Both the position numbers and the translations under genes were made by a program. Under the pieces are notes generated by a model that did no database searches, was not told the origin of the DNA, and worked only from the letters and a program-made list of their open reading frames with translations. A DNA stretch of 63,780 bases, filler included, from an uncultured Methanosarcinales archaeon (GTDB lineage Archaea > Nanobdellota > Nanobdellia > Woesearchaeales > CAZKBD01), in the NCBI GenBank assembly GCA_964550945.1. It is 3 parts of 3 records of this genome, joined end to end, with 100 filler letters (N's around TTAATTAATTAA, not from the genome) between each part and the next. Parts side by side here need not be neighbours in the genome. Positions count along the whole stretch, not along the records: positions 1 to 28,967 come from CAZKBD010000011.1; 2 more parts are not named here. One strand, given 5' to 3'. The stretch's first letter is position 1, and each line of letters opens with the position of its first letter. Positions 1 through 12,812 of the stretch are shown here, one piece after another.

Positions 1-88
1 TATACTGCAGAAGTGTCAACTAATTACCGAATTATTCATTTTCTCAGGCAAACACCCTAGTGGTCATAAAAATCGGAGAAACAATCAC

Positions 89-2002
89 TTATAGCTCAAT
101 TGTCTGCTTTTTCTCTTCAATGTTCTTCAATACATTTCTTATTAAATCATCTGTCTTGTATCCCATATGCACTTTATTGTCAAGAGTCCTTATTGCCAAG
201 CTCTTATCTTTGCTTTCCTTTTCACCAATGGTTATTATTAACGGAATCTTCTGCATTTGCGCATCTCTTACTTTATAGCTGACTGATTCAGCCCTTGAAT
301 CAAACTCTATCCTTAAACCATTTTTCTCAAGCTCCTCTTTTACTTCTTTGGCATAATCATCAAATCTGTCAGCAACAGTTAAAATCCTTGCTTGCACAGG
401 AGCTAGCCATAATGGAAACCTTCCTTTGTAATGCTCTATCAAAATTCCAAAAAATCTCTCAATGCTTCCATATATTGCTCTGTGAAGCATAACTGGCCTG
501 TGCTGTTTTCCATCCTTTCCTTCATAAGTCAGCTCAAACTTCTCAGGCATTGAAAAATCAACCTGTATTGTGCCGCACTGCCATGTTCTTCCTATGGCAT
601 CTTTCAGATGGTAATCTATCTTAGGGCCGTAAAAAGCGCCTTCTCCTGGATTGAGCTTGTATTTCATTCCTTTTTTATCTAAAGTGTTCTTCAGCGCATT
701 TTCAGCTTTATTCCAAATTTCTTTGCTTCCCATCGCCTTCTCAGGCATTGTAGACAGCTCAACACTATACTCAAAACCAAAGGTTTTGTAGATAAAATCA
801 ATGAATTCAATCAAGTTCATTATCTCCTCTTCAAGCTGTTCCTCTGTGCAGAAAACATGAGCATCATCTTGGGTAAAACACCTAACCCGGAATAACCCGC
901 TTAATACACCGCTTAATTCATGCCTGTGCACTAACCCAAATTCACCTGCCCTTATCGGCAATTCTCTGTAAGAATGCACCTTGGATTTGTACACTAACAA
1001 ATTTCCAGGGCAGTTCATTGGCTTTACTGCAAACTCTCTTTCATCTATCTTTGTAAAATACATGTTCTCTTTATAATGATCCCAATGTCCGCTTTGCAGC
1101 CACAAGCTTTTGTTTAATATCAATGGAGTCCTATTTTCTTGATAGCCTCTTTTTAACATCTCTTGCCTCATGAATTCAACTAATTTGTTATAAACAAAAG
1201 TTCCCTTGGGATGAAAGAAAGGAAATCCAGGGCCCTCTTCATGGAAGCTGAATAAATCCATCTCTTTTCCTATTTTTCTATGGTCCCTTTTCTCTGCTTC
1301 TTCTATAAGAGTTAAGTAACCATCCAGTTCTTTTTTGTCTGGAAATGAGATGCCATATACCCTTTGCAGCTGCTTGTTTTTTGCATCCCCTCTCCAATAA
1401 GCTCCTGCTATCTTTGTCAGCTTAATAGCTCCGATCTTGCCTGTTGAAGAAAGATGAGGCCCTCTGCACAAATCAACAAATTTTCCTTGCTTGTATGCTG
1501 ATAGGTTATCCCCAAACTCATCAATCAGCTCTAATTTATATTTATTTTTCTTAAACATCTCTTTTGCTTGTTTCTTTGTTAACTCTATCCTCTCAAAAGC
1601 AAGATCCTGCTTGGCTATTGCATGCATCTTCTCCTCTATCTTTGCTAAATCTTCTGGCTTGAATGGCTCTTCTTTATCAAAATCATAATAAAATCCCTCT
1701 TCAACAACTGGCCCTATTGTTGGCAGAGCATCTGGAAATATGTCAACTACAGCATTTGCCAGGATATGCGCTGTAGAATGCCTGAAAACATCAACACCTT
1801 CTTTGTCTTTGAAAGTTATTATCTTTAATTTAGCATCTCCTTCAATCTTTTTGCTTAGATCAACTAGCTCATCATCTAGTTTTGCAGCAATTGCATCTCT
1901 CGCTAACCTTTCACCGATAGATTTAGCAATCTCTAATCCGGTTATCCCTTTCTGGTATTTCTTCTTGCTATTGTCTGGAAATGTTATAGTTATTTCTGGC
2001 AT
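89..2002 (-). CDS. thrS: Threonyl-tRNA synthetase, bacterial type (TGS + editing + class II catalytic + anticodon-binding domains)
   Basis: RHSTAH and DLCRGPH editing motifs, RDHRKIG, KPMNCP, FTQDDAH, GAFYGPKID, WQCGTIQVDF; ATG at 2002 preferred over TTG at 2008. Confidence 0.97.
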   Translation of the reverse strand: MPEITITFPDNSKKKYQKGITGLEIAKSIGERLARDAIAAKLDDELVDLSKKIEGDAKLKIITFKDKEGVDVFRHSTAHILANAVVDIFPDALPTIGPVVEEGFYYDFDKEEPFKPEDLAKIEEKMHAIAKQDLAFERIELTKKQAKEMFKKNKYKLELIDEFGDNLSAYKQGKFVDLCRGPHLSSTGKIGAIKLTKIAGAYWRGDAKNKQLQRVYGISFPDKKELDGYLTLIEEAEKRDHRKIGKEMDLFSFHEEGPGFPFFHPKGTFVYNKLVEFMRQEMLKRGYQENRTPLILNKSLWLQSGHWDHYKENMYFTKIDEREFAVKPMNCPGNLLVYKSKVHSYRELPIRAGEFGLVHRHELSGVLSGLFRVRCFTQDDAHVFCTEEQLEEEIMNLIEFIDFIYKTFGFEYSVELSTMPEKAMGSKEIWNKAENALKNTLDKKGMKYKLNPGEGAFYGPKIDYHLKDAIGRTWQCGTIQVDFSMPEKFELTYEGKDGKQHRPVMLHRAIYGSIERFFGILIEHYKGRFPLWLAPVQARILTVADRFDDYAKEVKEELEKNGLRIEFDSRAESVSYKVRDAQMQKIPLIITIGEKESKDKSLAIRTLDNKVHMGYKTDDLIRNVLKNIEEKKQTIEL

Positions 2003-2052
2003 TATCAATAAAGATTTGAACAGAAGTTTAAAAAGGTTTTGATGGTGTGAGT

Positions 2053-2895
2053 TTAAGGGCCGATTTGAGTAATAATATATTTTGCAATCTTGTCATCAGA
2101 ATTCACACAAGTTTCTTTACCAATACTTCCCCACAATCCAGCATCACTACACTTTGAAACAGGTATTTCTATATATGAATTCTGAAAAGTTATCTGGCCA
2201 GTATAATCACTTCCATCAATGTTCAAGGTCTTAACCTCAATGTTATCAGTCAGAATACCTTCTCCAGCAGACTGTTTTACTCTCAATTCAACTTTTGTAT
2301 CACTAACTTCAGGATTTTGTTCTAAATGCAATATCAATCCAGTTATTTCTTCAACAGTTATGTCAGCTATCCCATTAACAAACTCAGCAGTCCTTACAAA
2401 ATCCCCTCCAACCTGAGCTTCATTCCCTTTGCCTTCTAGCTTTACATTAAATTTGCCATTTTCATTCTTGTAAGCAATCCAGCCAGGCCCTGCTATTGTA
2501 AGCCTACCAATATCCATCGACTTAAGGAAATTACCCTTATCATCAAATAGGTATACATCATCCCCAATACCATCATTTATCTTATCAGCTATCATTGGGT
2601 AATTTGAACTCAGCCAGGCAGAAACGCTATCTTTCGGGTTTGCAGAAAGATCCACAAACACAACCTCTCCAATATTTGGAGGAAAACTATAATCCTTAAA
2701 ATTAACATCTCCATAATTAGAAGCAATGCTTTCTAAATCGCTTCTAATGCTGCTTTCAAATGTTACCAGCTCTGCTTCATTCCCAGCTTTATGCAATGTT
2801 TTGAATAATAGCAAACCAAAGAGAATTACACAGCCAATAACAATTATGGTGGCTACATAAGAAAAAGATATGCTAATCTGGCCCCTTTTTTTCAT
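2053..2895 (-). CDS. Class III signal peptide (archaeal pilin-like) secreted protein
   Basis: N-terminus MKKRG|QISISF followed by a hydrophobic helix, matching the archaeal prepilin peptidase motif. Confidence 0.75.
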   Translation of the reverse strand: MKKRGQISISFSYVATIIVIGCVILFGLLLFKTLHKAGNEAELVTFESSIRSDLESIASNYGDVNFKDYSFPPNIGEVVFVDLSANPKDSVSAWLSSNYPMIADKINDGIGDDVYLFDDKGNFLKSMDIGRLTIAGPGWIAYKNENGKFNVKLEGKGNEAQVGGDFVRTAEFVNGIADITVEEITGLILHLEQNPEVSDTKVELRVKQSAGEGILTDNIEVKTLNIDGSDYTGQITFQNSYIEIPVSKCSDAGLWGSIGKETCVNSDDKIAKYIITQIGP

Positions 2896-3006
2896 AATTC
2901 TAGTTCCAAACTCTTTTTGTTTATTAACTTTTTGCTAAAAAATAAAAACATTTATATATATCTACGCTTATTAATCAGAATATCCAATAAATAGCAATAT
3001 CAAAAA

Positions 3007-3054
3007 TACTAAACTACTAAAATACTAAAATACTAAACTACTAAAATACTAAAA
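3007..3054 (+). repeat. Six tandem 8-bp units TACTAAA(C/A), arranged as 2 x (TACTAAAC TACTAAAA TACTAAAA)
   Basis: Read directly; followed by TTCAGAAAA TCAGAAAA and the ATG at 3071. Confidence 0.9.
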
Positions 3055-3070
3055 TTCAGAAAATCAGAAA

Positions 3071-3232
3071 ATGAAGATAGTCCAAAGCGACATTAGGGGC
3101 CAGATAGTAATACCCAAAAAAATCAGGAAACAGCTGGATATAGGAGAGGAAGCTGCGTTCTGGGTATATGTCGATAATAACAATATAGTTCTGAAGAAAA
3201 TAGAAAAACCTAAGCTGAAAAATGAAAAATAA
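3071..3232 (+). CDS. AbrB/MazE/SpoVT-family DNA-binding protein, 53 aa (not in ORF track)
   Basis: Manual translation MKIVQSDIRGQIVIPKKIRKQLDIGEEAAFWVYVDNNNIVLKKIEKPKLKNEK; GQIVIPKxIR signature; overlaps the start of the giant gene at 3222. Confidence 0.88.
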   Translation: MKIVQSDIRGQIVIPKKIRKQLDIGEEAAFWVYVDNNNIVLKKIEKPKLKNEK

Positions 3233-6200
3233 ATTGTTTTTAGGAAAAAGGAGAGAACACATCAATAGATGGTTACTCTTATTCATAAACTTTAACCTAT
3301 TGATAGGCCTTTCAATCCCTCCCATCTTTGCAGCTGATGATTATACAATCACGCAAGAAGTAACGCAAAATACCCACATTTACGGACAATTCTCTAAAAT
3401 AGAGAAGATTGAAATTCTAGCTAAACCCGACAAGATAGCATCATATGCAGTAATTGGCGGGCCTGTCGAGAGTGCAGAAGAATGCATTACCTCAGATGAA
3501 ATATGTGATGGCAAAGATAATAATTGCAATGGCTTAGTTGATGAGAATTGCCCATGCATTGCTGATGGCAGTTGCCCAACCGGTAATATCTGCCAGAATG
3601 GCGCTTGTTGCGCTAAAAATTACGGATTAACAACAATAAATAATGTGTATGGAAATACTCTCGAATACAGCCCTGGTTTATGGGGAATAAGGCCTCAGAA
3701 CTCTTATGTTGCGGCTTATGCAACCCGAACAATCTATCTTATTCCTTACTCTATCAGCTCAACAACCTCTGTTGATTTATATAATGCCAATCAGACAACA
3801 GGAGAAAGCCTGGGCCAGCCAGGATTATCCGGGCTTAACCACCTAGATAACACAGCAGTAATATTCTTTGATGATTTTGAATCTGCCAAAGCCTACATCA
3901 ATAATGGAGTGTTATGCATTGGATCATACAAAGGAGAACCCCCCATTATTAACAGGCCTAAAATCAAGCCAAATGAAATTATTGTAAAATTCAAAACAGA
4001 TGTTGGAGTCCGAAAAAATGGTTTCTTCAATACAGTCTTTTTGGGGCAGCCTCGAATTGCAACAAATGCTCAATCATTGAATAATTTGAATAAGATGTTC
4101 AACGTAAGAGAGCAAAAACAATTATTCAGCCAAGTAAAGAAACGAACTAGAAATGTTGAGAACAATTATATCTTGGAACTAGAGACCGATGAAAACATAA
4201 GCAATGTTTTAGAAAATTATAAGTCAGATCCAAATGTGGAGTATGCCAGCCTAAATCATTTCTACTCAACATCAACTATCCCCGATGATCCATATTACAG
4301 CACTCAGTGGGCTCACCAAAACATTAATTCAGAGCCAGCGTGGGACATTGAAAAGGGAGATGGAACAGTAATATCAGTAATTGACACTGGCGTTGAATAC
4401 TCCAATCAGGATTTAGCTGGAAACATGCTGGCAGACTGTAATGGTGGATGCCCTCAAGGCACTGGATATAACTTTGTAAATGTAAATATGAGTATTTTTG
4501 ATGATCCATCTCTAGATCCGCTGCCAGGTGAAAATTACTATCCAAGCAACAATCCTTTAGATGTCCACGGCCATGGAACCCATGTTTCTGGGATAATAGC
4601 AGCTGTTTCAAATAATTCTATGGGTGTTGCAGGAACCTGCTGGAACTGCAAAATTATGCCATTGAAGGCTTTGTTTGGCTATATGTCAAATGAGACTGGA
4701 ACATGGCAGGCCTATGCAGGAGGCTATACAAGCGATATAGCAGAGGCAGTATACTATGCAATAGACAATAATGTTTCTGTCATAAGCATGAGTTTTGGAA
4801 GCTATGTTAATGAAACAGAAGATCCTACTCTTTACAACGCAACATTAGCTGCTGCAAATTCTGGCATAATATTAGTGGCTGCAGCTGGAAATGATAATAC
4901 AAGCCAAAAATTATATCCAGCAGCATGGCCTCACGTAATTGCGGTTGCAGCAACTACAAGTTCAGATAATAAGGCAAGCTTCTCAAATTACGGCAGCTGG
5001 GTTGATGTCAGCGCTCCAGGTTACAACATCTCAAGCACCTATATAGGAGACTCATATGCATATATGAGCGGAACATCAATGGCAGCTCCATTTGTTTCTG
5101 GATTAGCTGGATTGATATTGTCAAGGAATCCAAGCTTGGCAAAAGCAGAAGTTGACAGCCTGATAATTGATAATGCAAGGAATATTGACGCAAATAACCC
5201 TAGTTATGTAGGTATGCTTGGATCAGGATTGATAAACCTTTTCCAATCAGTTGAACTTACTCCTGATACTGATTGGCCTATGTTCAAGCAAAATCCAACA
5301 CATTCAGGATATATTTCATCTGCTGCTCCAGATACAAATAATCTATTATGGAAGACATTCATCAACACAACAAAAGTTTCAAATGCAGCAGCATCAAGCC
5401 CTACTCTAGCTGACGGTATAATTTATGCAGGACGTGCATTAACAGATAATGCTACAGTCGGCTTAGTTGCTGTAAATGCAACTACAGGGCAAGTTATCTG
5501 GAACTACAACATTACCGGTATTGGGGCTTCTGTAGTGTCTACTCCTGCAGTTGGCTATGGAAGAGTTTTCTTTGGCTCAGGAAACTTCAATGTCTACGCA
5601 TTGAACAAAACAAATGGAAATCTCTTATGGAGATATAACACTACGGGATTAGTTTTAGGATCACCTACGGTTTTTGACCAAAAAGTGTATATTGCTTCAT
5701 TTACTGGAAATCTCTATGCACTAAATGCAACAACCTCTAATCCAAATGGTGAGTTGATTTGGAGTACTAATGTAGGAAATGTGCCTCATTCAACTCCCGC
5801 CATAAATGAAGGAGTAGTATGTATTGGAAGCGGAAGCGCAGGAGCAGTTCCTGCAAACATCTCTTGCCTCAATGCATTTACAGGAAGTATTCTATGGAAG
5901 TATGGGGCTGGTGGCGGCATATATTCCTCTCCTGCAATAAAGAATGGGATAGTCTATTTTAATTCAGATGATAAACAAGTATATGCATTGAATTTCACAA
6001 ATGGCCAGCGTATTTGGAATTATACTATTGGGCCAAATGGCGCAAGCCCTTCTGTTGCTTTTGGAAGAGCATTCACAATGAATGATATGTCCATATCAGG
6101 AAACAATTTTGGAGATAGGTTCTTATACAGTTTTAATTCAACTACAGGAAATCTATTGTGGAAGTATAATATCACTAGAATCTCTCCAATTGATGGGCAG

Positions 6201-9200
6201 TCAAATGCTCCAAAATCCTCTCCTTCTGTATCATCAGATGGAAAAGTATGTTTTGGGATCGATGGAAAAGGTCCCTTCTGGCCAGCAGGCGCATACAAAA
6301 ACGGATCAGTCGCATGCTTAAACGCTTTAACTAATAATCCAAACGGAGAATTAATCTGGGAATATCAATTTGGAGAGGGTGTCACTGTTGACTCATCCCC
6401 TGCAATAGCCAATAATAAATTGTACATGGTAGCTAGTGATGGTTATTTGTATGCTTTTGGCGATAGTGTTGCTTCAGACACAACACCTCCTTCTTCAGTC
6501 ACTAATCTGCAAAGTAGTGCAATAACAAATTCATCAATTATTTGGTCTTGGATTAATCCTTCGGATGCAGATTTTGACAAGACAATTCTTTATTTGAATA
6601 GTGTTAATGTCGTGAACTTGTCAAAACCAATTGCAAGTTATACTGCAAATGGCTTATTGAACAACACATTGTACAATTTGACTATACATACTGCAGATAA
6701 TTCGGGAAATGTTAACGCAACAAACATACAAAATCTCACTTGGACTTTGCAGAATTCTAACCCTACCCCGCCTGCAGCAATAACTAATTTCACAGTTGAT
6801 GTCACAAATGCCACTTCAAGCACAATCAGCTTAAGCTGGAATCCAGTAAGTGGCGCTGCAAGTTATAATGTTTACATTACTCCAGAGCCAGAAACACTTG
6901 GAAATTATAGCATGATGAAACTGATGGGGAATAATTCTGGAAATACAAACACCACATTTGTAATAAACAATGTTGCAGCAGCAGTTGACACATTCATAAG
7001 AGTTGAAGCAATAAATGATTCTGGGGTTTTTGCTGCAGGAGATGCGCACGCAAAGACAGTTGGTGGGCAAGCAGTAACCCTTGACAATGAATTAAGGGAA
7101 GTGCATATGGTTGCTCCAAACATCATGGAGCTTGTGCTTGAGAACAAAGGCATTAGATTTTATTATGACCCTGCTGCAGGATTTACCACAGGCAGCGTTT
7201 ATTTTGACAATGGGCCTATATGGCAAAATGGGAACTGGCAGATAAGAAAGAAAGACGGCTCGATAATTTCAGTCAATAATATTTATAGGAATTCTTATGC
7301 TGTAAACATGCCTTATTATTTCTTGAACGGGCAGTCAGAAGATAATTTCTTTTATGATATTGACCATAGGGTATTTCTTGTTTTAGACAATAATCTCAGC
7401 CAAAAAGAGATTCTATCTATTGAAGGGCCTTTTAACTTAAATTTCACGCTTTTGTTTAGCGATAATTATCTTGAGACTGATGTGATCCAGGTCAATCAAG
7501 TTGGCTATCATCCAGATGCCACAAAAAGATTTGCTTATGTTTCAATGTGGATGGGTGATGGGCGGGGAATGGACTTTACAGATTATCCATCATACGCTGA
7601 AGTGTTGAAAGAGCCTAATCAAACATTAACCTCAAGAAGCATTGTGCTTTCAAACATAACTCTTGAAAAAAGATATGTTGCAGACTCATGCAATGCATCT
7701 GGAATATTTAATGGCACATGCTACACAGGATGGTATGACAACCAAAATGGCTCAGGAAGCATTTATTATAATTGTACAACTATTGCTAAGTCAAATACAG
7801 TTCCACTGCTTGATTATGATTGTGATACTGATGCAAAAGTAAGGGACATAAACCTTTCAGCGCTTCAACCAAATGATAACTCTTTTAGATATCGTGTCAA
7901 AATTCCAGGAGTTGGAGTCAGTTATCCAACAATGGTAAGCAAAGAGGCTTTCTTTAAAGCTTACTACACTATCGCAAGGGGGATTTATTACAACAGATGG
8001 TGCGGAAATTATTCAACTGAATTCACTGAATGGAGCAGGCCTCCTGACCATTGCTTTGCATATGTAAGCGATGTTCCTGTAAGATGGGCTGCTCAATTCC
8101 CATCAACTACGCCAATATTTGAAACAATGCCTGTAGTTGGAGGCCATAGGGATGCAGGAGATTATGACTTAAGGCCGCATCATACAGGAATCCCTCAAAT
8201 GATAATGAAAGGGTATGAAACTAATAAAAACTCATTAATCAATACTGATAACCAGCTTAACATTCCTGAATCTGGAAATGGGATTCCAGACATACTTGAT
8301 GAAGCATTATGGAATTTAAAGTCATGGGAAGCATTCCAGATGGGAACTGATGGCTTAGGCGATGCTTGTGACTTATGCCCTGATGACACTGAAAATGATG
8401 CTGACGGCGACAAAGTGTGCGCAGGCACAAGATTTAATTCATCAATGATAGCAGGAGGGGACAACTGCCCAAGAAAATATAACCCTCTTCAAGAAGATTT
8501 AGATGGTGATACAATCGGCGATGCATGTGATTCAAGCACAATCATTGACAGGGACTCTGATGGGATAACTGACAATGCAGATAATTGCATTGGAAGCTCA
8601 TTGAAAACAGATACAGACAGCGATTGGGTTGGCGATGCTTGTGATTCTTGCCCAAATGACCCTGAAAATGACATTGATGGTGATTTAATATGTTATGGTT
8701 CTGNNNNNNNNNNNNNNNNNNNNNNNNNNNNNNNNNNNNNNNNNNNNNNNNNNNNNNNNNNNNNNNNNNNNNNNNNNNNNNNNNNNNNNNNNNNNNNNNN
8801 NNNGATGATCCTCTTCCATATTTCACTTATTCTAGAGATCCTAGTGTTACTGCAAGAGTATCTGCTATATTTGCGCAAGCCTCAAGATTATTGAAAGATT
8901 TTGACCAAACACCAATTTGCGGAAACCCAAGATGCAAATCTGATGAGCTTTATAATAGGTCATTAAGGGCTTATAACTATGCATTATACACTCATGCAAG
9001 AGAAGACTTTATGGTTTATGCTGCAAGTGAGCTTTATCTTCTTACTAATGATTCAATCTACAAAACATATCTTGAAAGCAGAAACATTAATGCAGGGAAC
9101 TTTATAGGAAGAAGTGTCGGTTCTACGGAATATGAAGGAGCGCCAGGTACGAGCCCATATTATGCAATTGATTACTTTTCAGGATACCTGCAAAGCAATA

Positions 9201-12200
9201 CCACATTACAAAGCAATCCACCAAGCGCACTGCAATTATTGATCTTAAGCCAAGAAGTAATGCAAACGAATGACGACCTTATCAACACTGAGCTCTTGAA
9301 TGCACACCGAAGCCCAATAACAAGCTCAGGCTGGGGCACTAGTACAACACCTACACTTGCAATACCTGCTTCATTTAATTATTATTTTACTGGAAACTTG
9401 ACTAATGGCTCAAAACAGCAAATATTTGACATGTGGAGTGAGAGCGCTGATTTCATGCTTGGAGCAAATCCTTTTGGCGTTTCTTGGGTTGTTGGGCTTG
9501 GAACAAAATATCCACAAGATGCGCTGCATGTTGACTCACTAGTATTTAAGAAAATGGATATTGGAAAGCAAATGCCAGGAACTGTTGTTTATGGCCCCGG
9601 AAAAAGCCCTTTCTCAGGATTAGATTATTATCGCGCCGTAAAAAAATCAATGTATCCTAATCCAGATAATTATCCTGACAAGCTAAAATATGCTGATGCG
9701 CATACTCAAGTAACAATGGCTGAGTTTGCTGTGCTTGAGACAGATGCTCCTGCACTTGAATTATTTGCTGCGCTAATTAATGCTGGGATGATGCCCCCTG
9801 CTAATTGGGATCCTTATCAGCCAGACCATAAGAATACGCTGCCTGATTTCCCAGTAAAAAACCCTGAAACATTGATAGATACCAGAAACAATGACCTGAA
9901 CTCAATACTTTCATACACCGATGATCTGCCTTTATCCCTTGACCAAAACACAATAGCATTGTATGATCTTGACACCAATTATGAGGATTCTTCATCAAAC
10001 AACCTTGATTTAACTGCTTATGGAAATGCAAGTATCGTAAATATCCCTTCATGGTCTGGAGTCTCAAAAAGCTTTGTCAAGTTTAATGGCAAAGATGATT
10101 ATCTTAAAGTAAGCATCCCTGACAGCATTATACTGCCAACTTCAGGGTTTAATATTACTATTGAAGGAAAATTCTATCCAAAATTCTTCGCTGCTGGGGT
10201 AGGTGTTGAGCAGAACACCTTTATTGGGCTTAACCAGCCTTCCGGATCCAATTTTAAGCTATTAATCCCTCAATGGGAGTACAGATCTCCTTTATTATAT
10301 CTGGATAACAATAAAATAGGGCATGCTAAAGAATGGACAACTAAAGTGGATACATCCAGGTGGCATAATTTTAAGATGATTGCAAAGGGAAATGAATCAT
10401 ACCTTTTTATTGACAATCAACTGATTTTTGCTAACGCCATTAGCCTGTCTTCAGAATGGCAGGATACAGCATCATGGAATCTTGAGCTTGGCCATTTTGA
10501 CGGATATATTGATGAAGTAAAAATAAGCAAAGGCAGCGAGTTTATAGACAATTATCCTCCTGTCTTTGTTGAGCTTTTAGGAACCCAGATCAGGCCTGAT
10601 GAAAGCCTTAACACTAACATTTCTGTCTTTGATGCAACTGGAATCAGCAGTTTATGGATCAATGATACTAACAATTTCCAGATTTCAAGACAAGAGACCG
10701 ATGGAAGAAAAGAAAGATGGCTTCTCAGCAATAAGGTCGCTCTGCAAAATGAAACCTACTATCCAATAAACGTAAGCGTAAATGACACTAGCGGGAATAT
10801 TAATTCTGAGATGATAGTTATATACTCAACATTGCCTTTAGTAGATGCCTCTCCACCTTATTTTGTAAGCGCGCCTAATGCATTAATAAGCTATTTAAGT
10901 CCACTTCATCATCAGATAAGCGCAACTGATGATAGGGGAATTGCAAGATTTGAAGTTAATAACACTCAATTTAAGATTGATAGCTCTGGGCTTTTAGAGT
11001 ATAATGGGATATTCCCTCAGAAAGGAAATTATACTCTAAGGATAACTGTTTATGACACTTCAGAAAAATCTGCAAGCACAGAACTAACTGTGTCAATTGT
11101 GGAAGACCTCATTGCTCCGGTCTTTACCAATATCATAAACCAGTACATTAGGCCATCTATCCCTTTAAGCTATGATATAAACGCAACTGATGACGTTGCA
11201 ATTGGAAGTTTTTCGATAAATGACACCATCAATTTCAAAATCAATGCGAGTTCAGGACTCTTAGAGAATAATACTATCTTATCCTTAGGACAATACTGGT
11301 TAAATGTTTCTGTAAACGATACTTCTGGAAATAGGGCATCTTCAATTTTATTAATTGAGGTTACTTCATCAACTATGTTATTTAGCTGTTTTAATATAAA
11401 TCAGTCTGGAAACTATTTATTAATGAATTCGCTTGTTAATGTTCTGACTTGTATGAACATTACTGCAAGCAATGTCACACTTGACTGCCAAGGCTATACC
11501 CTAGATGGAGATCTAACCGGTGCATCAGGAGATCGCGCAATTTATGCAATAGGCAACAGCACAAATTACTTGAAGAATATAACTGTAAAAAACTGTAATG
11601 TTAAAGAGCTGCAATTTGGCGTTCAATTCAGTTATGTTAATGATTCGGTTATATCAAACACTAATGCTTATTCAGTGTGGTCTAATTCTGGATCAGGAGG
11701 ATTTGACTTTGCCAACACAAATAACCTAATACTCCAAAATATCAGTTCTTACAATCAGGGTTTAGGGTATGGCATATCACTCCCATCTACCTCCAAATAT
11801 AATAATATCACTAATTCAATTATTTATAACACTGCCATAGGAATTAAAATAGGAAGTACTGTCAGCAATATCATTAAGAATTCATATATCTATAATAATT
11901 CTCTTGGAGTTAACAACACCTATGCCTCATCTAGCAATAACCTCTTTTACAATAACCTAATTAATAATACCAATAATCTTAACTTTAATCCAGGAGCAAG
12001 TGCATTATTCAACTCAACACAAACTTCTGGCACAAACATCATTGGCGGAAATTTAATCGGCGGCAATTTCTGGGCAAATCCTTCTGGCAACGGATACTCA
12101 GAGACATGCGCTGATGCTAACAACACAGGCATTTGTGATGTTCCTTTGAATGTAACCTCAAGCACTGCTTGCCCTGGCTGCTCTGGCTATAACATCGATA

Positions 12201-12808
12201 TGCTGCCTTTGGCTGTTGTTGCTCCATCATGCACTGATTCTGATGGAGACGGCTTCAATATAACTGCTGGATGCGGCCTAATAGATTGCAACGACACAAA
12301 TCCATTAGTCAATCCTAGTGCTGTTGAGGTTTGTTGGAACGGAATTGATGACAACTGCAATAATCAAACTGACGAAGGCTGCCAGGCTTTGCCAATTTAT
12401 TCTAAATTTGATGGCTCTACCACTAATTTTACAGCTGAATTAGATATCACATCTGTTGAGAATTCTGTTCTAGAGAACACAACCTATGGTAAGATTGAGT
12501 TTGGCCCAGAGAGTGTTGACTTCTCAGGTATGAATTTAGATTCTTATGTTTTCATAGAAAACAATCTGGTTGGCATTGATAATGCTTATCTTCCAAATCT
12601 GGCTGCTCATAATGCTACTATAACATTATATGGCATAAGCTTTAATAATCCATTAATCTTGGAGAATGGCATTCAATGCTCTCATTGCGTAAGGAATAGT
12701 TATGATGGCAGTACTCTTGTGTTCACTGTTGGCCATTTCAGCAATTTCACTGCTGCTGAAAGTGCTCAATGCATGTTGACTGATGCTTATTGGGAGATAC
12801 CTACATAA
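3222..12808 (+). CDS. Giant secreted multi-domain protein 1: S8 subtilase, PQQ-like beta-propeller, FN3-like, GH9 with TSP3 insert, LamG-like, Ig-like repeats, right-handed beta-helix, Cys-rich metal-binding motif, terminal HFS domain; spans the N gap at 8704-8803
   Basis: S8 triad DTG (4383), HGTH (4572), GTSMAAP (Ser 5076); WKY/SSPA propeller repeats ~5265-6465; GH9 motifs QVNQVGY, DAGD (8151), IPESGNGIPDILDE, DFMLGANPFGVSWVVGLG; ORFs 3222-8703 and 8804-12808 carry the two halves of one GH9 domain. Confidence 0.8.
8704..8803. other. Assembly gap (100 N, true length unknown)
   Basis: N run inside the TSP3 repeat tract. Confidence 0.99.
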
Positions 12809-12812
12809 AAAA

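Noticed and set aside
3007..3070. Possible CRISPR array
   Set aside because: 8-bp units with no spacers and no cas genes in the window
8690..8894. Apparent frameshift or overlap between the 1890-aa and 1372-aa ORFs
   Set aside because: Caused by a fixed 100-N placeholder; both sides are halves of one GH9 domain, so no programmed frameshift is implied
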